NCBI GenBank assembly: GCA_943367705.1
Contig: CALRJV020000002.1
Span: 204,895 to 268,894, forward strand
Reading direction: 5' to 3'
Length of the DNA stretch: 64,000 nucleotides
From: Synechococcus sp. UW140
GTDB lineage: Bacteria > Cyanobacteriota > Cyanobacteriia > PCC-6307 > Cyanobiaceae
How positions within the stretch are numbered: position 1 is the stretch's first letter; each line of letters starts with the position of its first letter. Under the pieces are notes generated by a model. That model saw nothing but the letters and a program-made list of their open reading frames with translations, did no database searches and was not told where the DNA came from. The translations under genes were made by a program, and so were the position numbers. Shown in pieces: positions 27,681 to 36,663 of this stretch.

Positions 27681-28370
27681 ATGCTGCCCGCCGACCTGCG
27701 CACCGCCGAAGCCGAAGCCCTGGAAGCCCTGAAGGCGGCCCTGGCGGCCGGATCGGGGGGGCGCTGGACGGTGGAGTTCCGTTTCGAAGGGCTGCGTCTG
27801 ATGCCGGTGGTGCTGCGCCTGCTCGAGGGGCTGATGGCGGAGCGGCCGGCGGTGCGGTTGCTGTTTCCGGACGCCGGCGCCACCGCCCTGGCCCGCCGGG
27901 ATGCCCCGGCCCTGGCCGAGCAGATCGGCAGTTTTTCCGACCAGCGGCGGCGCCAGCAGGAGGAACCCTCCAGCGGCGTGCTGCTGCTGGTGGGGGCGAG
28001 CCAGGCCGAATACGAGCTGGTGGAAGAGGTCTGCGGCAGCCACGGCGACGCCGTGGTGCTCGTCAATCCCGCCCTGGAGGATGCCGCCGTGGGCATCGGC
28101 AGCGTGGCGCGCCAGCGGCGCCGTGGCTTCCTGGCCGGCTGGAGGGCCGCCTATGCCCTGCTGCCCAAGGCCGACCGCGCCCTGCGCTGCGCCTACCCGG
28201 GCGAATGGGAGCTGTACCGACTCGACCCCGAGGGCTTCCGGCTGGCGGGGAGCTTCGAGCAGAAGCCCGATGCGGAGCAGCAGGACCTGGCCCTCAGCGG
28301 CCGCCAGGAGGCGGGTCTGGGCGGCAACCTCCGGGCCCTTGGGCAGATGATCGAGGACCTGCAGAACTGA
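27681..28370 (+). CDS. DUF1995 family protein
   Basis: RWTVEFRFEGL, FPDAGATALARRD, NPALED...GIGS, ALRCAYPGEWELY, recalled as DUF1995. Confidence 0.7.
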   Translation: MLPADLRTAEAEALEALKAALAAGSGGRWTVEFRFEGLRLMPVVLRLLEGLMAERPAVRLLFPDAGATALARRDAPALAEQIGSFSDQRRRQQEEPSSGVLLLVGASQAEYELVEEVCGSHGDAVVLVNPALEDAAVGIGSVARQRRRGFLAGWRAAYALLPKADRALRCAYPGEWELYRLDPEGFRLAGSFEQKPDAEQQDLALSGRQEAGLGGNLRALGQMIEDLQN

Positions 28371-28446
28371 CGCGCTGGTCCGGGTGGGCCCGACCGGTGC
28401 GGCTGGTGCATCCCGGAAAGGCTGCGTACACTTCGCGGGCTTTCCC

Positions 28447-28977
28447 ATGCCCATGCCCAGTACATCGCCCCGGTCCCGTTACTTCAGCCTCGTCGACGTC
28501 GGCGCCGCCGTCGCCGCCCTGCTGGCGATCGGGGGCGTGATCTGGAGCCCCCGCCTCAGTGGGGCAGTGGCCCAGGCCACCGGTGCCCTCGAGCCGGTCA
28601 CCGTGATGGTGGACGTGCGTGGCGAACCGGTCGCCTCTCCCAAGGACCTCCTTCAGCAGGCCCGCCAGGAAGGCAAGGTGGCCATCGTGATCCGCAACCA
28701 GCCCCACGGCAGCGTGGCGGTCAAGGAGATCCTCCCCTTCGAGCGGATCATCTCCACCCTCTCCCCCGACGGGAAGGTGGTGAGCGCCCCCGATCCCAAC
28801 CAGAAGACCTTCAGCACCTTCGATGGACGCTTCGTCCTGGAGGGGCAGGGGCGGCGCACCTCCGGTGGCGTCGTCTTCGGTAACCAGACCATCAAGATCG
28901 GTGCCCCGGTGGAGCTGGAGGGGAACAACTACCGCTTCAACGGCACCGTCACGGACCTGAAACTCGGAACCTCCTGA
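28447..28977 (+). CDS. DUF4330 family membrane-anchored protein
   Basis: SLVDVGAA + TM, VIRNQPHG, VVFGNQTIKIGAPVELEG, recalled as DUF4330. Confidence 0.65.
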   Translation: MPMPSTSPRSRYFSLVDVGAAVAALLAIGGVIWSPRLSGAVAQATGALEPVTVMVDVRGEPVASPKDLLQQARQEGKVAIVIRNQPHGSVAVKEILPFERIISTLSPDGKVVSAPDPNQKTFSTFDGRFVLEGQGRRTSGGVVFGNQTIKIGAPVELEGNNYRFNGTVTDLKLGTS

Positions 28978-28978
28978 T

Positions 28979-30343
28979 ATGACCGCGTCCGCCCGCCCCG
29001 GCCACCGCCTGCACCGCCTTCGCCTCGGCCCCCGCCGAAGCGCCCTGAGGCTGGCGGCGCTGCTGCTGGTCGCCGGCGGCACCGGACCGGCGGGCCTGGC
29101 GGCCTGGGCCCAGACCGCGCCGGCCCTGCCCTCGGCCCGCAGCCAGCGCCCCCTGCCGATGGCGGCCCTGCCGCTGGCTCCTCCCCCGGTGGGCATGCCG
29201 CGGCTGGCCACCGAGGTCAGCTGCCCCGGCCTCCAGCGCCAGGTGGCCCTGGTACTGGGCGATGAGCGTTCCCGCTGGAGCGTCAGCGTCGCCGACGGCA
29301 GCGGCCGGCTGCTGGCTGACGTCAACGGACGCCAACCCCGGGTGCCGGCCTCCAACCAGAAGCTGGTCAGCACCGCCTTCGCCCTCGACCGCCTCGGACC
29401 CGATTACCGGCTCACCACCCAGCTGTGGCGGCTTCAGGACGGCACCCTGCGGCTCACGGGCCAGGGGGATCCCGACCTGGCCCTGCCCCAGCTGCAGCGC
29501 TTCGCCCAGCTGGCCATGGCTGCCGGGGCCACCTCCCCCGTGGGTGGCGCTCCGGTGAGGCTGGAACTGGCGGAGGAAGCCTCCCAGAACTGGTGGCCCA
29601 GCGGCTGGAATGTGGCTGACCGGGCCTACGCCTATGGCGCCCCGATCACCCGCCTGGCGATCACCAGCAATGCCATCGACGATGCGGTCAGCAATCCCCC
29701 CTCCCGGCTCCAGACGCTGCTGCGTCGTGCCATGGACCAGGGCGGTGGGTCGCCCCTGCAGCTGACCCTGGTGTCCGCCCGCCAACCCCTGCCCGCTGGC
29801 GCCGTGCTGATCCACGAGGAACCCTCCACCTCAATGCATGGTCTGCTCAGTCTGGCCAACACCGAAAGCCACAACTTCACCGCCGAGGTGCTGCTGCGCC
29901 AGGCGGCCGGCAGCTGGGACGTGGCCGAGGCCAGCCGTCTGACCACCATCTGGCTGGCTGAGCAGGGCCTGCCCATGGAGGGTGTCAGGGTGGCGGACGG
30001 CAGTGGTCTCGACCGCTCCAACCGGGTCACCAGCCGCTTCCTGGTGGCCCTGCTGCTGCGCATGGACCACCACCCCTACTCCAGGGACTACGTCAGTTCC
30101 ATGGCCATCGCCGGGCGCCGCGGCACCCTGCGCAACCTCTACAAGGGCACCAGCCTCGACGGCCGTTTCTTCGCCAAGACCGGCACCCTCACCGGTGTTC
30201 GCTCCATCAGCGGCGTGCTCCAGACCCCGGACGGCCCCCGCTACGTCAGCGCCGTCTCCGCCGGGGCCGGAGCACCGAACACCACCATCGGTCGGGTCCT
30301 GCGGGAGGTGCAGGCCGTGGGGGCCTGCCCTTCAGCGATCTGA
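28979..30343 (+). CDS. dacB: D-Ala-D-Ala carboxypeptidase/endopeptidase (PBP4, peptidase S13)
   Basis: PASNQKL (SxxK), ESHNFTAE (SxN), DGSGLDR, AKTGTL. Confidence 0.92.
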   Translation: MTASARPGHRLHRLRLGPRRSALRLAALLLVAGGTGPAGLAAWAQTAPALPSARSQRPLPMAALPLAPPPVGMPRLATEVSCPGLQRQVALVLGDERSRWSVSVADGSGRLLADVNGRQPRVPASNQKLVSTAFALDRLGPDYRLTTQLWRLQDGTLRLTGQGDPDLALPQLQRFAQLAMAAGATSPVGGAPVRLELAEEASQNWWPSGWNVADRAYAYGAPITRLAITSNAIDDAVSNPPSRLQTLLRRAMDQGGGSPLQLTLVSARQPLPAGAVLIHEEPSTSMHGLLSLANTESHNFTAEVLLRQAAGSWDVAEASRLTTIWLAEQGLPMEGVRVADGSGLDRSNRVTSRFLVALLLRMDHHPYSRDYVSSMAIAGRRGTLRNLYKGTSLDGRFFAKTGTLTGVRSISGVLQTPDGPRYVSAVSAGAGAPNTTIGRVLREVQAVGACPSAI

Positions 30344-30364
30344 GGCAGCTCAGAGGCGACCGCC

Positions 30365-31312
30365 TCAGCTGGCCAACCCCCGGCTGGCGGCACGGCGGAG
30401 ACGGCCAGCGGCACGACGTGCCCGGTCGACGGCGGCGTTCTCCAGGGGAATGGGGGCTTCGGGGGGACGGCTGGCGGCCTGGGTCTCCTGGGCCTGCAGC
30501 CGCACCAGCTCCCGCCGGCCGCCGAGCACCACCTGGCTGAGCTCCTTGAGGCGCACCTCCAGTTCCCCGAGCACCTGCTCGGCGTAGCGGTTGGCGCCCT
30601 CCTGGATGGCCGCCGACTCCTGGCGGGTGCGGGCGATCAGGGCATCGCACTGCTGCTGGGTCTGCTGACGGAACTGCAGGGCGTCGGCGTGGAGGCGCTC
30701 TGCCTCGGCCTGGCTTTCCCGCTGGACCCGCAGACCTTCCTGGCGGATGCCCTCCAGTTCCTGCAGGGCCTGGGCCCGGCTGCGTTCGTGCTGCTCGACC
30801 AGCTGGCGGTTGCGCTCCGCCGCTTCCTGCTCCAGCTGCTGGCGCCGCTGCTGGGCCTCCTGCTCCAGCTGCTGGCGCCGACCGGCGAACTGCTGCTCGA
30901 ACTGGGCCATCCGGGCCTGGTGCTCCTGTTCCGTCTGGGCCACCTGCTGGCGGGCCTGGAGCACCATCTGCTCGCACTGCTGGCGGGCCAGTTCCCGCTG
31001 TTCCGTCACCTGGCGCTCCGCCTCTTGGCGGATGGCGGCGGCGTTGATCAACTGCTCCCGCTCGCGCCGCGCCTGGGTGACGATCTCCTCGGCCTGCACC
31101 CGGGCCTTCTCGATGAAGCCCTCCCGCTGGCGAATCAGGTCATCAGCCTGGGAGATCTGCCCCGGCAGGGCTTCCCGCAGGGCATCCATCATCTCGATGG
31201 CGTCCTGCTCGTTCACCAGACGGCCACCGCTGAAGGGGATCCGGCTGCCGTCGAGAACGATGTCCTCCAGCTGATCCAGCTGATCGAGAACGGTGAAGCG
31301 GACCTCAGCCAT
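30365..31312 (-). CDS. cdv3: DivIVA-like coiled-coil cell division protein (Cdv3-like)
   Basis: [33 protein letters not shown]-terminus plus long Q/E/R coiled coil; overlaps the coaD stop by 8 bp. Confidence 0.65.
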   Translation of the reverse strand: MAEVRFTVLDQLDQLEDIVLDGSRIPFSGGRLVNEQDAIEMMDALREALPGQISQADDLIRQREGFIEKARVQAEEIVTQARREREQLINAAAIRQEAERQVTEQRELARQQCEQMVLQARQQVAQTEQEHQARMAQFEQQFAGRRQQLEQEAQQRRQQLEQEAAERNRQLVEQHERSRAQALQELEGIRQEGLRVQRESQAEAERLHADALQFRQQTQQQCDALIARTRQESAAIQEGANRYAEQVLGELEVRLKELSQVVLGGRRELVRLQAQETQAASRPPEAPIPLENAAVDRARRAAGRLRRAASRGLAS

Positions 31313-31808
31313 ATGGGGTTTCGGGAGCTGCCTGTCGATTAAAGAGCCTCTCCAGGTCGATCGCCACTCCCGGCGGGACCATGTGACCCACGTCCCCGCC
31401 GAAGCGGGCCACCTCCTTCACCACCGAGCTGCTGAGAAAGCTGTGGTGCGCAGCGGTGGCCATGAACAGGGTCTCGACGCGGGGGGCCAGGGTCCGATTG
31501 GTGTGAGCGATCTGCAACTCGAATTCAAAGTCGCTCATCGCCCGCAGGCCCCGCAGGATCACCTGGGCGCCGCAGCTCTGGGCGTAGGTCACGGTGAGGC
31601 CATCGAAATGGCCCACCTCGATGCCGGCGATCCCCTCGGTGGCGAGGCGGATCTGCTGCAGCCGCCGTTCCAGGGGGAAGGCGGGCTGCTTGGAAGGGTT
31701 CATCAGCACCGCCACCACCACGCCGTCGAAGAGGCCGGCCGCCCGCTCGATCAGGTCGAGGTGGCCCAGGGTGAGGGGATCGAAACTGCCGGGATAGAGC
31801 GCTCGCAT
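31305..31808 (-). CDS. coaD: Phosphopantetheine adenylyltransferase
   Basis: [36 protein letters not shown]. Confidence 0.96.
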   Translation of the reverse strand: MRALYPGSFDPLTLGHLDLIERAAGLFDGVVVAVLMNPSKQPAFPLERRLQQIRLATEGIAGIEVGHFDGLTVTYAQSCGAQVILRGLRAMSDFEFELQIAHTNRTLAPRVETLFMATAAHHSFLSSSVVKEVARFGGDVGHMVPPGVAIDLERLFNRQAAPETPYG

Positions 31809-31892
31809 CGCCCCAGCCTATGGAGACGGGCCCTGGCGGGGAAACCGGCCCGGATGGGTTCCTAGAGTCCATGGATCCCTGCCGCCCACCCC

Positions 31893-32384
31893 ATGACCGA
31901 CGTTGCCCTGGACGCGGCTGCCAAGAAGACCCTGCTGCGCAAGATCCCCCACGGCGTGTTTATCTGCGGGGTGGCCGAGGGCGAGGAGGTCAACGGCTTC
32001 ACCGCCAGCTGGGTCACCCAGGGCTCCTTCGAGCCCCCCCTGGTGGTGATGGCGGTGCGCGCCGACTCCACCAGCAACGGCATGATCCAGCGCAGCGGGC
32101 GCTTCTGCCTGAATGTGCTGGCCGCCGAGCAGAAGGACCTGGCGGCAGTGTTCTTCAAGCCCCAGAAGGGGGTCGGGGGACGGTTCGATGCCGCCCCGTT
32201 CCACCTCGGGCCCCTCGGCCTGCCGGTGCTTGACGACGCCCTCGGGGCGGTGGAGTGCACCCTGGTGGGGCAGGTGGCCCACGGCGACCACACCGTGTTC
32301 GTGGGGGAAGTGAAGACGGCCACCCTGCACCGCGATGCCGCCGCCCTGGAGCTGTCCGCCACGGGCTGGCAGTACGGCGGTTGA
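31893..32384 (+). CDS. Flavin reductase-like domain protein
   Basis: NGFTASWVTQGSFEPPLV, FCLNVL, GDHTVFVGEV. Confidence 0.88.
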   Translation: MTDVALDAAAKKTLLRKIPHGVFICGVAEGEEVNGFTASWVTQGSFEPPLVVMAVRADSTSNGMIQRSGRFCLNVLAAEQKDLAAVFFKPQKGVGGRFDAAPFHLGPLGLPVLDDALGAVECTLVGQVAHGDHTVFVGEVKTATLHRDAAALELSATGWQYGG

Positions 32385-32393
32385 GGCCGGGCC

Positions 32394-34406
32394 ATGGCTG
32401 AACCGGTTGCGCCTCCGGGCGGCACTCCGGGCGGCGATGTCGTCGGGCCGCTGCTGCTCCAGCGTGAGCGGCTGTCGGCCCGGTTGCGGGAGTTGCCGGC
32501 GGAGCCGGGCTGCTACCTGATGCGGGATGCGAGCGACCGCATCCTCTACATCGGCAAGTCGAAGAGCCTGCGGGCCCGGGTGCGCAGCTACTTCCGCGAC
32601 TCCCACGACATCAGTCCGCGCATCGCCCTGATGGTGCGGCAGGTCTGCGAGATCGAGTTCATCGTCACCGACAGCGAGGCGGAGGCGCTGGCGCTCGAGT
32701 CGAACCTGATCAAGAACCACCAGCCCCACTTCAATGTCCTGCTCAAGGACGACAAGAAGTACCCCTACCTCTGCATCACCTGGAGCGAGGCCTACCCGCG
32801 CATCTTCATCACCCGCCGCCGTCGGCTGCGCAGCCCCCTCGACCGCTTCTACGGGCCCTATGTGGACGTGGGCCTGCTGCGCCGCACCCTGGCCGTGGTC
32901 AAGCGGGTGTTCCCCCTGCGCCAGCGGCCCCAGCCCCTCTACCGCGACCGCACCTGCCTCAACTACGACATCGGCCGCTGCCCTGGCGTGTGCCAGGAGA
33001 AGATCGGCTCCGAGGAGTACCACCGCATCCTGCGCAAGGTGGCGATGGTGTTCCAGGGCCGCAACGACGAGCTCCTGGATCTGCTCCACCAGCAGATGGA
33101 GCGGTATGCCGAGCGGCTCGATTTCGAGGCCGCCGCCCGGGTCCGCGACCAGCTTCAGGGCCTCGACCTGCTCACCGCCGACCAGAAGATGAGCCTGGGG
33201 GACAGTTCCGTCAGCCGGGATGTGATCGCCCTGGCGGCGGACGATCGCGTGGCGGCCGTGCAGATCTTCCAGATGCGAGCCGGCAAGCTGGTGGGGCGGC
33301 TGGGCTACACCGCCGACGCGGCGATCGCCACCCCGGCGGAGGTGCTGCAACGGGTGGTCGAGGAGCACTACAGCCAGGTGGAGCCGGTGGAGATTCCGCC
33401 CGAGCTGGTGCTGCAGCACCAGCTGCCGGCCCAGGAGCTGATCAGCGACTGGCTGGCGGAACGGCGGGGCCGCAAGGTGCGGCTGGCCGTGCCCCAGCGG
33501 CGCCAGAAGGCGGATCTGATCGAGCTGGTGGAGCGCAACGCCGGCTTCGAACTGGCCCGGGCCCAGCGGGGGGCGGAGCAGCAGCAGCTGGCCACCGAGG
33601 ACCTGGCCCAGCTGCTGGAGCTGCCGGTGCCGCCCCGGCGGATCGAGGGCTACGACATCAGCCACATCCAGGGCAGTGATGCGGTGGCCTCCCAGGTGGT
33701 GTTCATCGACGGGCTGCCGGCCAAGCAGCACTACCGCAAGTACCGGATCCGCAGCAGCAGCATCCGCGCCGGCCATTCCGACGACTTCATGGCCATGGCG
33801 GAGATCATGCGACGGCGGTTCCGCCGCTGGTCCCAGGCGAAGGCGGAGGGCGCCGACCTGGCCGCCCTGCGCCGGGCCGGCGCCTCGGCCCTGCACACCG
33901 ATGGCCTCAGTGACTGGCCGGACGTGGTGATGATCGACGGCGGCAAGGGCCAGCTGTCGGCGGTGATGGAGGCGCTGCGGGAGCTGGACCTGCACGAGGA
34001 CCTGACGGTGTGTTCCCTGGCCAAGCAGCGGGAGGAGGTGTTCCTGCCCGGTGCCGGAGAGCCCCTCGACACCGAGGCCGACCAGCTGGGGGTGGTGCTG
34101 CTGCGACGGCTGCGGGACGAGGCCCATCGGTTCGCCGTCAGCTTCCACCGCCAGCAGCGGGGCGAGCGGATGAAGCGCTCCCGCCTCAGCGACATCGCCG
34201 GCCTGGGTCCGAAGCGGGTCAAGGATCTGCTGGCCCACTTCCGCTCCATCGACGCCATCCAGCTGGCCAGCCCCGAGCAGATCGCCGCTGTCCCCGGCAT
34301 GGGGCCGGCCCTGGCCCGGCAGGTGTGGGAGCACTTCCACGCGCCCATCGACGCGGCCGATGCTGCCAATGACCGTCACGGGGAACCCCTGGAGCTGGCG
34401 GGATGA
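32394..34406 (+). CDS. uvrC: Excinuclease ABC subunit C
   Basis: PGCYLM...[16 protein letters not shown] (GIY-YIG), [25 protein letters not shown], HhH GLGPKR. Confidence 0.97.
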   Translation: MAEPVAPPGGTPGGDVVGPLLLQRERLSARLRELPAEPGCYLMRDASDRILYIGKSKSLRARVRSYFRDSHDISPRIALMVRQVCEIEFIVTDSEAEALALESNLIKNHQPHFNVLLKDDKKYPYLCITWSEAYPRIFITRRRRLRSPLDRFYGPYVDVGLLRRTLAVVKRVFPLRQRPQPLYRDRTCLNYDIGRCPGVCQEKIGSEEYHRILRKVAMVFQGRNDELLDLLHQQMERYAERLDFEAAARVRDQLQGLDLLTADQKMSLGDSSVSRDVIALAADDRVAAVQIFQMRAGKLVGRLGYTADAAIATPAEVLQRVVEEHYSQVEPVEIPPELVLQHQLPAQELISDWLAERRGRKVRLAVPQRRQKADLIELVERNAGFELARAQRGAEQQQLATEDLAQLLELPVPPRRIEGYDISHIQGSDAVASQVVFIDGLPAKQHYRKYRIRSSSIRAGHSDDFMAMAEIMRRRFRRWSQAKAEGADLAALRRAGASALHTDGLSDWPDVVMIDGGKGQLSAVMEALRELDLHEDLTVCSLAKQREEVFLPGAGEPLDTEADQLGVVLLRRLRDEAHRFAVSFHRQQRGERMKRSRLSDIAGLGPKRVKDLLAHFRSIDAIQLASPEQIAAVPGMGPALARQVWEHFHAPIDAADAANDRHGEPLELAG

Positions 34407-34720
34407 GGCCGGCCGTGCGGACCTGGATGGCGAGGGGCTGGGCCGGGCTGCTGGCCCTGCTGCTGCTGTTGCCATTCGCCGCGGCGCCGGTGGCGGCGTC
34501 CCCGGGGATCTGCGTCGGTCCGGTCTGCGGGGACGAGATCAGCCGCAGCGCCAAGCACCACTGGCAGCTGAGGCTCCGGGTCAGCGACCAGGAGAGCCGG
34601 CGGGAGCGGATCGTGGTGGATTGCCGCGATGGCGGCATCAGCCCGCGGCAGGGCCCCGTCGACCGGGCCTACAGCGCCGCCGTGGCCCGCCGCTGCTGCC
34701 GGCTGGTGGGGGAAGGCTGA
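34403..34720 (+). CDS. Small exported hypothetical protein
   Basis: Signal-peptide-like N-terminus, paired Cys, ATGA overlap with uvrC. Confidence 0.6.
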   Translation: MRPAVRTWMARGWAGLLALLLLLPFAAAPVAASPGICVGPVCGDEISRSAKHHWQLRLRVSDQESRRERIVVDCRDGGISPRQGPVDRAYSAAVARRCCRLVGEG

Positions 34721-34803
34721 ACCGAGCCTGCCCATGGCGATCAACCGCACCACGGCGTCTAACTTGACGGTCCGTCGCCCATTGCCCTCCCCCGGGCCCT
34801 GAC

Positions 34804-35421
34804 ATGACGCTGCCGCTGTCCCTGGCCGTGACCCTGCCCCCCGAGGCCTACCTCTGGTTCAAGACCCTCCACATCGTCGGGGTGGTGGTGTGGTTCGCCG
34901 GGCTGTTCTACCTGGTGCGCCTGTTCATCTACCACCGGGAAGCCGCCGAGCTGGAGCCGCCCCTGCGCCAGGCCTTCGAGGAGCAGTACGGCCTGATGGA
35001 GCGGCGCCTGGCCAACATCATCACCACCCCGGGCATGGTGGTGGCCGTGGCGATGGCGGTGGGGCTGCTGCTGGTGGAGCCCCTCTGGCTGAAGCAGGCC
35101 TGGATGCACGCCAAGCTGGCCGTCGTGGCGGGTCTGCTCATCTACCACCACCTCTGTTACCGGCTGATGGGCCAGCTGCAGCGGGGTGCGTGCCACTGGA
35201 GCGGCCGCCAGCTGCGGGCCCTCAACGAACTGCCCACCCTGATGCTGGTGCTGGTGGTGATGCTGGTGGTGTTCAAGAACCAGTTCCCCACCGGTGCCGC
35301 CACCTGGTTCCTGGTGGCCCTGGTGGTGTTCATGGCCGCCTCGATCCAGTTCTATGCCCGCTGGCGGCGACTGCGCGCCGAACGGCTGACCCAGCAGGAG
35401 AGCGGCGGTGCTGCGGCCTGA
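34804..35421 (+). CDS. hemJ: Protoporphyrinogen IX oxidase HemJ
   Basis: YLWFKTLHIVGVVVWFAGLFYLVRLFIYH, MERRL..II..P, LRALNELPT. Confidence 0.92.
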   Translation: MTLPLSLAVTLPPEAYLWFKTLHIVGVVVWFAGLFYLVRLFIYHREAAELEPPLRQAFEEQYGLMERRLANIITTPGMVVAVAMAVGLLLVEPLWLKQAWMHAKLAVVAGLLIYHHLCYRLMGQLQRGACHWSGRQLRALNELPTLMLVLVVMLVVFKNQFPTGAATWFLVALVVFMAASIQFYARWRRLRAERLTQQESGGAAA

Positions 35422-36073
35422 GGCTCTCGCCCATCCCCTCACCCCGGTGCTGCGCCAGGTGCGGGCCGACAGCTGCCCGGAGCGGTTCAACTTCCACTGC
35501 CACACGATCTGCAGCGACGGCAGCCTCCACCCCCACGATCTGGCGGCCGAGGCCGTGGCCATCGGCCTGGAGCACCTGGCCGTCACCGACCACCACGGCC
35601 TCGCCGCCCATGGCGCCATCAGCGCCGCCCTGGACGACCACCGCCGGCGGGGGGCGGCCACACCCACCCTCTGGCGCGGTGTGGAGATCAGCTGCCTGCT
35701 GGAGGGGTGCCTGGTCCATGTGCTCGGGCTGGGCTTCGCCGAAGACCACCCTTCCCTGCACCCCTACCTGCAGGGCAACGCCGTCGTGGGGCCGGCCCTG
35801 CGGGCCGAGGCGGTGGTGGCGGCGATCCGGACGGCCGGTGGCCTGGTGCTGCTGGCCCACCCCGCCCGCTACCGGTTGCCCCACCAGCGCCTGATCGCGG
35901 CGGCGGCGGATCTGGGCTTCGACGGCGCCGAGGTCTGGTACGACTACGGCATGCAAGCCCGCTGGCAACCTACGCCGCTGGTGTGCGAGGCGATCGCCGC
36001 CGACCTGGAGCGCCGGGGCCTTCTGATGAGTTGTGGTACGGATACCCATGGGCTGGTGCTCCGCGGCCGCTAG
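35408..36073 (+). CDS. PHP domain metal-dependent phosphoesterase
   Basis: HCHTICSDG, TDHH, GVEIS, LAHP, GTDTHG. Confidence 0.88.
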   Translation: MLRPEALAHPLTPVLRQVRADSCPERFNFHCHTICSDGSLHPHDLAAEAVAIGLEHLAVTDHHGLAAHGAISAALDDHRRRGAATPTLWRGVEISCLLEGCLVHVLGLGFAEDHPSLHPYLQGNAVVGPALRAEAVVAAIRTAGGLVLLAHPARYRLPHQRLIAAAADLGFDGAEVWYDYGMQARWQPTPLVCEAIAADLERRGLLMSCGTDTHGLVLRGR

Positions 36074-36102
36074 GGTTTGCTGACACCTTCCTCCTTGCGT
36101 CG

Positions 36103-36639
36103 ATGGGTCTGTTCGATCGTCTGTTCGGTTCCCGTGCCGCTTCGGTGAGCAAGCCCGAGGCTGCCGCCAAGGCCAAACCCAAGGCCGAAACCTTCTTCCT
36201 CGACCCCGAGGCCTCCAGCAGCCTCGGGGATGTCAAGTTCATGAAGCGGTCGAACACGATCCGCCACACCTTCCCCGGCAACGCCGACAGCCCTGGTGAG
36301 AAGGAGATGGTGGCGGAGGTGGCCTCGATGGAGGCCCGGGTCGAGAAGATGACCCCCGGTCTGGCCGGCATCCAGGCCACCGAGAAGGGGTCGGTCAACC
36401 TCACCGGCGGTATTCCCAAGCCCGTCAAGAAGACCTTCGCCCAGCAGATGAGCGCCGCCGAGCTGGGGCAGCGCATGAAGGGGGCGGCCGTCACCCCCAC
36501 CAACCTGCCCGGTGGTCCGGCGGCGGCCAAGCAGCAGAAGGAGGCCGAAGTCCAGGGCCAGCCGGCCAGCTCCCAGGCGGCGGCCAAGCCCGGCACCACC
36601 GATCCGTTCCGCTCAATGGTGAGGGATCTGGAGCTCTGA
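36103..36639 (+). CDS. Conserved-looking cyanobacterial hypothetical protein (178 aa)
   Basis: MGLFDRLFGS start, FFLDPEASSSLGDVKFM core, typical codon bias; 3' part of ORF 35707..36639. Confidence 0.7.
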   Translation: MGLFDRLFGSRAASVSKPEAAAKAKPKAETFFLDPEASSSLGDVKFMKRSNTIRHTFPGNADSPGEKEMVAEVASMEARVEKMTPGLAGIQATEKGSVNLTGGIPKPVKKTFAQQMSAAELGQRMKGAAVTPTNLPGGPAAAKQQKEAEVQGQPASSQAAAKPGTTDPFRSMVRDLEL

Positions 36640-36663
36640 TCCCGCCGGTGTCGGGAGCCTGGT

